Below, piece by piece: positions 17,489 through 24,171 of a DNA stretch of 24,171 nucleotides (the first letter of the stretch is position 1; every line of letters starts with the position of its first letter). A program made the translations under genes and the position numbers. This DNA comes from Thermoproteota archaeon (GTDB taxonomy: Archaea; Korarchaeota; Korarchaeia; Korarchaeales; Korarchaeaceae), in contig JAOZFG010000030.1 of NCBI GenBank assembly GCA_027491435.1, forward strand, positions 1-24,171, read 5' to 3'. The notes below the pieces were generated by a model. It did not search any database. It was given only the letters and a program-made list of their open reading frames with translations, and was not told where the DNA came from.

Positions 17489-17671
17489 ATGAGCGAGGAG
17501 TTAAGGGCCATAGTGAGGGAGGAGGTCAGGAGGATTCTCAGGGAGGAGTTAAGGAAGGAGTTGAGGAGGCTCCTCCTGGAGTCCCTGCCGTACGTAAGCG
17601 AGGAGGAGCAGGAGGAGATAGAGGAAGAGCTTACTGGGGAATGGGGGGGGTTCAAAGAGGTAGAGTGGTGA
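17489..17671 (+). CDS. Putative antitoxin (small acidic helical protein)
   Basis: About 60 aa, MSEELRAIVREEVRR...LPYVSEEEQEEIEEEL, directly downstream of relE; ATG 17489 preferred over TTG 17471. Confidence 0.75.
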   Translation: MSEELRAIVREEVRRILREELRKELRRLLLESLPYVSEEEQEEIEEELTGEWGGFKEVEW

Positions 17672-17782
17672 TCTCTACGCATGGTGTTGTTAACTTAGGG
17701 GCTTGTTTAAGCGGGGGCGCCGACATCCTGTGGAACTGGCTTCAAATCAGCAGAGAGTGGCTCATGAAACCATAGCCTACGC

Positions 17783-17856
17783 CTTCTTACTTCTTGGCCT
17801 GCTAGCGTATCAGCCAGCTTTCCTTATTGGCGTCAGGGGGCCATGAAGTAAGGAAG
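17783..17856. repeat. Inverted repeat / long hairpin inside the island
   Basis: CTTCTTACTTCTTGGCC (17783-17799) pairs with GGCCATGAAGTAAGGAAG (17839-17856) with one mismatch and one bulge. Confidence 0.6.
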
Positions 17857-18401
17857 TGGTAAGGTTTTGTAGGGTGAGCTGGCTATGCCTTCAAAAGCAG
17901 ACGGCGGTGAACTTCACTGTAAGCTGTGGGTGGCGCTGGACCTAGAGCTGATTGGTTGAGAAGCGATGAGATGGGAAATGTTACCTTCCATGAAGGTCGA
18001 AGGGGACGTCAACAGTCGTCACAAATGGCCTTGTACAGGCATCACGTGCGTGACAGGCACGTGACGAGTGGGGAGAGGGGGCCAAGCTAGATCGAAGATA
18101 TAAGACAGTTAAGGGTCGACGTTCATTCAAGCGAGTCCACCCGCTAACGGCTGGGAAGGATTCTGTTTAGCCCCTAAACTTCGTTAACCACACGTCTGAG
18201 AGGGAGCCAGTAGTAGCACCAGCCTGAACTGAAACGCTCGTGCAGCGGTCAAAGAGCGGGGTAGCTAAGTTGGCAGCACCCTAGGTGAGGGTCTCAATTT
18301 AATAAGCACCCCCGTTAAGTTAGAAATAAGTATTTCTGAAAAAGAAAATGTGCTTTTATGGGTAAATTGTATAGCTACTGCCTTAGAGAACAGGATTCCT
18401 T

Positions 18402-18435
18402 AATTGTATCTAATGATAAATTGTATCTAATGATA
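18402..18435. repeat. Exact 17-bp tandem repeat (2 copies) in AT-rich DNA
   Basis: AATTGTATCTAATGATA x2; a partial copy AATTGTAT lies at 18365. Confidence 0.9.
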
Positions 18436-18795
18436 AGCACCTGAGGGGTTATGTAATTATACTATAATTTACGAGAACCCAATTCCTGAACGCGTTAGAG
18501 GGATCACGAGCAGAAAATTAGTAACTGCTAGTGAAGTGCGTCGTAGTCCCCTTGGCTAGGCTATTGGTATTAGCAAGGTCAGACGCTGGTAACTTTGGGC
18601 CATGGTATTAGCCAATTACATGAAAAAATGATTACAAGTTGGCAGATTCTTGGACTTTGTGAATGAAATTTTCCGACCTCTCCGGCAAGCATTAATGAGA
18701 GTTGTACCGATAGGAAAGCTTCCATTCAAAGGGGGAAGTTTTTATGTAGTGTAAATCTCAAGCTTTAGATCTCACCACTTTACAGGCCCTCATCA

Positions 18796-18868
18796 AACTT
18801 AAAGCCTGTGAGCTTGGGTAGAAAGGGCTTTAAGGTCTCACCTCTCCTCCCGACCGGATGTCAAGGGT
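18796..18868 (+). repeat. Direct repeat, right copy (73 bp, exact)
   Basis: Identical to 16931-17003. Confidence 0.97.
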
Positions 18869-18875
18869 CTGAAAA

Positions 18876-19457
18876 ATGGAACCTGAGGTCATAGACTGCT
18901 GGTGTGTGCCCGTGCTGGTACGCTCCACTACGTTGAGGCGGGTGTCGCAGGAACAGGCTGATAGGATCGCCTTAATGGTTAAGAACATCTTCCCGGGCTG
19001 GGACAGGCTAAAAGTCGTGGTGATACCTGCCCTCTACCTGCTTACCGACTTCCTGGACAGGGAACTGGACTCAGAGCTAGCTGTCAGCGCCGTGGCCCTT
19101 GCCCTCTTCCTGGAGGAGAGGCTGGGCAAAACGGCCAACTTCCTTGTCTTCAACCCGTACGAGGTGGAGGGCATACTACCAGAGCCCAGGTTCGACGACA
19201 GGGCCCCGGCGTTGAGATGGGCCGTACTTCCAGTGATCATATATGGAGACGAGGAAGGGTACAACAGGCTCTTCGACTACCTGGCTGGAATAGAGGATGA
19301 GCTTGAGGAGAAGCTAGACGCCCTGAGCGAAATCATTAAGGAAGTTTATGGGTTTGACTTCGCTCAGGCGTTCCCGCCGACCATGTATGAGGACTTGTTG
19401 GAGGAGCTTGAGGAGATAGAGCGGGCCCTAGGGTTCAGGGAGACGACCGCCAGCTGA
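18876..19457 (+). CDS. Hypothetical acidic protein (193 aa)
   Basis: Host-like codon usage; first gene of the run into MFS and the molybdoenzyme; no motif recognised. Confidence 0.8.
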   Translation: MEPEVIDCWCVPVLVRSTTLRRVSQEQADRIALMVKNIFPGWDRLKVVVIPALYLLTDFLDRELDSELAVSAVALALFLEERLGKTANFLVFNPYEVEGILPEPRFDDRAPALRWAVLPVIIYGDEEGYNRLFDYLAGIEDELEEKLDALSEIIKEVYGFDFAQAFPPTMYEDLLEELEEIERALGFRETTAS

Positions 19458-19466
19458 GGTGTCCCT

Positions 19467-20576
19467 TTGAGGGCCAGGATACTGGCTGGAACGTTCATAC
19501 TCGACTTCACCTGGGGGGCCACCTTCCTGTACATGACCTTCGACATGTACGCTAAGGGCTCCTACCTGTGGTACGCCTTGGTGAGGGGGCTTCCCTCCGT
19601 AGCCTACTTCCTCGGCAGCAGGTTCCTGGGCTACCTGAGTGACGTTTACGGCAGTAGGAAGTTAGTTTTGGTGCTCAGCTCTTTAGCGACTTTTATGGCC
19701 CTCTTCATCATGTACTTCACCCCGGAACCCATCTGGGTTGTGATAGCTTCCATCTGGTACTTCCTATCCCCCTACGAGGTGGCAGCCGTCCCCTACCTCT
19801 CAGAGAATAAGGGAGAGGGGGAAGCTTCGGGGGAGTTCTACGCTTTTGGAGAGCTCGGGTTCACGACTGGGTCAGTCCTGGGGGGCCTGCTCTCCGATTC
19901 CATAGGCTTGAGGCCCCTCTTCCTAATAACCTCACTAGTGTCCTTGGCGTCGCTCCCCCTCTTCCTTGGGATAGAGGGCGAATTGAAGCTGCCCAGGAGG
20001 GGGGTTCGGAGGGCCTTTTCCTACGCTTTGAAACCAGAGTTTCCCGGTAAGACCAGGTACCTGGTAATGCCTTTCCTGCTGGCCGGGTCGGCCATATCCA
20101 TGTTCTACGCCGCCTTCTCCCTGAAGCTGTTCGAAGCCTCAGGCAGGTCAAACACTCTAATGGGAGTGCTCCTCTCCACAAGCGGCCTGCTGGGGACTGT
20201 TGTGGCCCCCTTCTACGGAAAGCTTGTGGACAGGATAGGGGCCTTAAAAGGATTTGTGGTTTCCTGCGCCCTCTACTCCGTTTACTTCGTGGCCGGAGCC
20301 TTGATACAGGACTTGGTAACGCTTTCCTTCATGATGGTATTGCCCCTATTCCCCCTTCACTACAACGCCAAGGTGGCCCTCTCTATGAAGGTCAGCGAGG
20401 GAATGATCTCCACGGCCGTGTCCACAGCTACCTCCATGGGTTCCATATCCGAAGCCCTGGGAAATTACGTGGGAGGGGCATTAATGAGCTTCACTGGAGT
20501 TGACTCCGCCATGTTGGCTGCGAGCGCCCTCATATTGACGTCGACCGTGATGGTGAGGGGAACGGATTTATCTTAG
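19467..20576 (+). CDS. MFS transporter
   Basis: Motif A copies GYLSDVYGSRK and GKLVDRIG; about 12 TM segments; GAGGTG RBS before TTG. Confidence 0.9.
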   Translation: MRARILAGTFILDFTWGATFLYMTFDMYAKGSYLWYALVRGLPSVAYFLGSRFLGYLSDVYGSRKLVLVLSSLATFMALFIMYFTPEPIWVVIASIWYFLSPYEVAAVPYLSENKGEGEASGEFYAFGELGFTTGSVLGGLLSDSIGLRPLFLITSLVSLASLPLFLGIEGELKLPRRGVRRAFSYALKPEFPGKTRYLVMPFLLAGSAISMFYAAFSLKLFEASGRSNTLMGVLLSTSGLLGTVVAPFYGKLVDRIGALKGFVVSCALYSVYFVAGALIQDLVTLSFMMVLPLFPLHYNAKVALSMKVSEGMISTAVSTATSMGSISEALGNYVGGALMSFTGVDSAMLAASALILTSTVMVRGTDLS

Positions 20577-20586
20577 CGCCTCCCGG

Positions 20587-22506
20587 TTGACCGTGTCGAC
20601 GGTAGCTTGTCAGAGGGACTGTCCAGACGCATGCCTCTTGGAGGTAGAGGTAAGCTCCGGCTGGGTATTCAATGTTAGAGGAGCTCAACACCCCGTAACA
20701 AGGGGCTTCGCTTGCGCTAAGGCCCTGAAGTTCCCTCAACTCTACCGTAAGAACAGGGTGCTCTACCCCCACCTGAGGGAAGGCGATGAGTTCGTCAGGA
20801 TATCCTGGGATGAGGCATTAGACCTGCTGGCCTCCAAGATTAAAGAGATTATAGAGGATTACGGCCCTCAGGAGATCCTCTACTACAATTACGCCGGCAA
20901 TTCTGGACTGATCTCCTACTCCTACCCCGTCAGGGTTTTCAACGCCTTGAACGCTACAGGAGTGGAGCACACAATATGCGATGAGGCTGGAGAAGTTGCC
21001 ATAGAACTTCACTACGGTAGGAGGTACGGGGCCTTCCCGGAGGACTTCGAGAAGGCTAGGATGTTCGTGGTCTGGGGGGCTAACCTGTCCAGCTCCAGCG
21101 TCCACGCTTACAGGCTAGTGGTCGATGGGGTGAGGAGGGGGAGTAAGCTATGGGTGATTGACCCCAGGAGGACCAAGGTTTCAAGGTTAGGAAGGCACAT
21201 TAGGGTGAAGCCTGGAACCGACTTCTACTTGGCTGTAGGGATCTCCAAAATATTAGTGGAGGAGGGCTTGCTGAACCGAGAGTTCATCGACAGGTTCGGG
21301 CACGGCTTCCCAAAGTACAAGGAGTTTCTGGAGGGGTTTGACCTGAGTAGGATTGAGGAGGTAACGGGCGTGCCCGTCAAGATGATGGAGGAGATCGCTC
21401 AGGACTACCACGAACTGAAGCCCAGCGTCACCTACGTTGGGGTAGCCCTGCAGAAGTCCCTTTACGGCGCTGAGGCTCTCAGGGTCATAACCCTTATCCC
21501 AGCCCTGGTAGGGGTGCACAGGGGCTTCTACTTCTGCAACTCATCTAGGGACTTCGATACCTCCCTGCTCTCAGGCCTCCACTTCAGGAAGAACGATAGG
21601 AGAGTTAACATGTTGGACGTAGGAACCCTCTTGGCCAGGGGGAAGTTCAGGTTAATCTACATATGGGGGGCTAACCCCGCACTAACCGCTCCCAGGTCAG
21701 ACCTCTTCAGAAACGCTTTGAGGAGAAAGGACCTGTTCGTGGTCGTGCACGACGTGTTCTGGAGCGAGACCGCCAAGTTAGCCGACTTGGTTCTACCGGC
21801 CACTAGCATGTTCGAGCAGGACGAGGTGGTAGCTAGCTGGTGGCACGACTACCTGCACTACAGCAAGGCAGTCGTTAACCCTTTAGGGGAGAGCAAACCT
21901 AATTGGTGGGTGACTAGGGAGCTAGCTAAGAGGCTGAACCTCCCTGAAGAAGTGTGGGCCGATCCCATGGAGGTCTTAGGTCAAGTCCTGAGGAAGAGCT
22001 CTATGGTTTCTGACTTAAACGAGGTGAAGAACAAGGTAAGTGTTAAGCTCAAGTATCCACCCAAGGATCAGTACCAGACGCCCACCGGCAGGATAGAGTT
22101 TTACAGCACGGTCGCCGAGTCCATGGGCTACACCCCCCTACCCAAGCCACCTGAGTTAGTTAGCGAGGATGGGTGGTTGCACCTCCTGACCAGTTCTCTA
22201 CCGGAGTCCACGAGCTCCCAAGACTTGAAGGGAGAGAGTCCGCTGCACCTGAGCCCTGAAGACGCCTCAAGGCTGGGGGTTAAGGACGGCGACTTGGTCA
22301 TAGTCAAGTCCGACGAGGGGACCGTGGCCTTGGCTGAGGTTAAGGTAGACGATTCCCTGCCTGAAGGCGTTGTCTGGGCCAGGAGGGGGAGCAGACTCAA
22401 GTTAGGGGCCGTGAACGACCTTACCACCAGAAAGAAGCAGTTAATAAAGGGAGGAAACGCCTTCAACTCCTCGAAGGTTAAGGTGATGCCGTTCTACTGT
22501 GGGTGA
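20587..22506 (+). CDS. Molybdopterin (bis-MGD, DMSO reductase superfamily) oxidoreductase, cytoplasmic
   Basis: N-terminal [4Fe-4S] motif CQRDCPDAC...GFACAK, ISWDEAL, TIC ligand region, WGANP, ETAKLADLVLPA, C-terminal dinucleotide-binding domain; no Tat signal. Confidence 0.92.
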   Translation: MTVSTVACQRDCPDACLLEVEVSSGWVFNVRGAQHPVTRGFACAKALKFPQLYRKNRVLYPHLREGDEFVRISWDEALDLLASKIKEIIEDYGPQEILYYNYAGNSGLISYSYPVRVFNALNATGVEHTICDEAGEVAIELHYGRRYGAFPEDFEKARMFVVWGANLSSSSVHAYRLVVDGVRRGSKLWVIDPRRTKVSRLGRHIRVKPGTDFYLAVGISKILVEEGLLNREFIDRFGHGFPKYKEFLEGFDLSRIEEVTGVPVKMMEEIAQDYHELKPSVTYVGVALQKSLYGAEALRVITLIPALVGVHRGFYFCNSSRDFDTSLLSGLHFRKNDRRVNMLDVGTLLARGKFRLIYIWGANPALTAPRSDLFRNALRRKDLFVVVHDVFWSETAKLADLVLPATSMFEQDEVVASWWHDYLHYSKAVVNPLGESKPNWWVTRELAKRLNLPEEVWADPMEVLGQVLRKSSMVSDLNEVKNKVSVKLKYPPKDQYQTPTGRIEFYSTVAESMGYTPLPKPPELVSEDGWLHLLTSSLPESTSSQDLKGESPLHLSPEDASRLGVKDGDLVIVKSDEGTVALAEVKVDDSLPEGVVWARRGSRLKLGAVNDLTTRKKQLIKGGNAFNSSKVKVMPFYCG

Positions 22507-22512
22507 GCCTCG

Positions 22513-22562
22513 CCGATGAGCTCTCAATCCCTTAGAGGATTCCAGGGTATTACCGGGGCTGA
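22513..22562 (+). ncRNA. Candidate box C/D methylation-guide sRNA
   Basis: Box C-like CCGATGA (22513-22519) and box D CTGA (22559-22562) span 50 nt; both guide segments look antisense to 16S rRNA; internal C'/D' boxes are degenerate. Confidence 0.45.
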
Positions 22563-22813
22563 GTTCTGGCCGATGACTCGATGGATCAAGCGATAACCCT
22601 TTGAGGGCCTCAACAGTTGCTAAGCTGTTGTTTCGCATCCCTTCCTCCTTCCCTCAACAAATCAGTGGGGGATAGCCCTGCACTCCCGTTGGGTGCAAAC
22701 ACCCCTGCCGACGCCCTAAATCCCTTATACACCTGTTAAGAAGCCCTCTTAATCGCTGGTCTCTTTCTTCTAGAAGGTTCCCGTCTCTTAAGGCGCTCCC
22801 GCTCAAGAAAAGT

Positions 22814-23014
22814 TCAGGGAGCTGCCTTAAGCCTGGGCGGGTAAGTGAGGGGCATATCCTGGTACAGACCCTCACCATACACCCTCAAGAAGTAGCCCCT
22901 CAAAAATTGCCCGCCTCCGGCCACGAAATCAGGGTTATGACCTTCTCGCCCTGTAGGTTCAGGTAGAAGGTCCCGCTGTAGATCTTCTTATCCGAGGTAA
23001 GGGCTAAGTTAGCT
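22814..23014 (-). pseudogene. Frameshifted 3' continuation of the LEA_2/WHy gene
   Basis: After ...VVVM a +1 frame reads RANLALTSDKKIYSGTFYLNLQGEKVITL; the original frame then resumes DFVAGGGQFLRGYFLRVYGEGLYQDMPLTYPPRLKAAP* (TGA 22816-22814). Confidence 0.6.
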
Positions 23015-23758
23015 CTACATCACCACAACTCTTCCCTCATACCTCCCCCCTAACTTAAGGTAGGCAGTGACAGCTTCCCCTGGCCTTACTGAATTCACTC
23101 TAACGCCGTTGACCAGCCAACCCCACTCGATAACCCTAATCCAGCGTTGAGGTCTCTGCGGAACCTGGTAATGTTGAGGCCTCACCGGAGGAGTGAAAGA
23201 CAGGGTGTAGGTGTTCTCGTACCTGTAAGGTAGCTTAATCGAGCCCGGCAGCTTGAACCCGAAGAGTTTCAAGGGGACGACTGCATACCCCTTAACCACG
23301 TAGTTCATACTTACCTCCCTGAAGCCGTTCCTAATTGCCTTCTCAACGAGGCTCTCTATTACAAGGGACACGTTCTCAACTTCTATCTGTAAGGGTATCT
23401 CCAAATAGTTCTCTCCAGGCCCTACAGTCAGCCACCTCTTAGTTCCGCTGACCAATCGGACTCCCTCAAGGATTACCTCGTAAGTGAGTTCATCGAACTC
23501 CACCGTGTGATCGGTAGGGTTATTCGCCTTCAGCAGGAGGGTAGCTTGCAGCCCGTTTACCTTGGGGCTCGGTAAGAAGCCCTCCAGCTCCCACCTCAGG
23601 TTAACTGAGAGGTCCTTTATTGATGCCCGCTCTATCCTCACTTTGCTTAAGGCTTCTCTAGTCCTGTTAAGCTCCCAGAGAAATCCTAGGGCAATTACTC
23701 CTACTGCCAGTATAATAGCCAGTGCTACCTTACCCCTGGAGGACATACTCTTAGCCAC
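23015..23758 (-). CDS. Membrane-anchored LEA_2/WHy-domain protein, probably truncated
   Basis: N-terminal TM helix; NPTDHTVEFDELTYEVILEGVRLVSG is WHy-like; a Pro/Gln linker leads to a second beta domain that stops abruptly. Confidence 0.75.
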   Translation of the reverse strand: MAKSMSSRGKVALAIILAVGVIALGFLWELNRTREALSKVRIERASIKDLSVNLRWELEGFLPSPKVNGLQATLLLKANNPTDHTVEFDELTYEVILEGVRLVSGTKRWLTVGPGENYLEIPLQIEVENVSLVIESLVEKAIRNGFREVSMNYVVKGYAVVPLKLFGFKLPGSIKLPYRYENTYTLSFTPPVRPQHYQVPQRPQRWIRVIEWGWLVNGVRVNSVRPGEAVTAYLKLGGRYEGRVVVM

Positions 23759-24171
23759 GTTGAGTAGATATTTGTTTTGAGGCCTGAAATTTCAGTTCTA
23801 GCCAATTTCGTGAAATGTGGTATTGGACGATGCCCTAGAGACTTAAGGCTAGGGCTGTTGGCTCGTATGAGGCGGTGGCTCTCAACATTTAAAGAAGGTT
23901 CTAAGAGGCTGTTTTGGCCTATTAGTCATGTCGACAAGTTTAGGTAGAGTGTGAGTTATGATTAGAGCTAAACGAGGACGTTGTAAACGGAATTGTTGGA
24001 ACTCTGCCGATAATGTCTAGTTATGGGTTGAGCGAACCTTTAGCCTGTTGATTTACTAGCGTATCGATGGGTGCCGTCAACTTAAGGCCACCTCCACGCT
24101 TTAACGCCAGCGTGAGCACTTTCGTCGTCAGGCTGATACAAGGTACTGGCTCTTGAGGGTCATGTAGCTGA

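Larger units (their letters stand above)
16931..18890. mobile_element. Small integrase-less genomic island (TA module) bounded by direct repeats
   Basis: 73-bp repeats offset by 1865 bp enclose a RelE toxin/antitoxin pair and about 1.1 kb without long ORFs, partly AT-rich. Confidence 0.7.

Noticed and set aside
10475-22466. Shadow ORFs (10475, 11941, 13273, 15352, 15367, 15619, 15863, 17449, 19034, 19364, 19861, 20530, 20818, 21253, 22128)
   Set aside because: They overlap confidently assigned genes on the opposite strand or frame.
22441-22878. ORFs 22441..22638 and 22654..22878 (-)
   Set aside because: Better explained by the candidate sRNA region and the frameshifted LEA_2 tail.
23562-23780. 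72-aa + strand ORF
   Set aside because: Antisense shadow of the LEA_2/WHy gene.
24115-24135. CTGACGA-C-GAAA on the minus strand resembling a hammerhead ribozyme core
   Set aside because: No stem II between the two core segments and no flanking stems I/III.

Overview
Archaeal chromosomal window, probably from a hyperthermophile of Thermoproteota/Korarchaeota type. This is inferred from heavy AGG/ATA codon use, GGTGA ribosome-binding sites, TTTA(T/A)A boxes and archaeal-type protein families. Left part: NikR facing a CbiM/PDGLE/CbiQ/CbiO (Ni/Co ECF) transporter operon with a candidate NikR operator, a secreted cell-wall-binding-repeat protein, a presenilin-type GxGD protease, an unusually large (987 aa) CcmF with a thioredoxin-CcdA fusion, and a peroxiredoxin. 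Middle: a solo HerA/DUF87 ATPase with a CdvA-like coiled-coil tail, an esterase and a CmpX/MscS-like protein. Right: a hypothetical-MFS-GNAT // hypothetical-MFS-molybdopterin oxidoreductase run. It is interrupted by a ~1.9-kb integrase-less island bounded by an exact 73-bp direct repeat, carrying a RelE-type toxin/antitoxin pair, hairpins and a 17-bp tandem repeat. Also seen: one or two candidate box C/D guide sRNAs and a LEA_2/WHy gene whose 3' end is broken by two compensating frameshifts. No CRISPR, tRNA, rRNA or transposase was recognised. All family calls come from motif recognition by eye; no searches were run.
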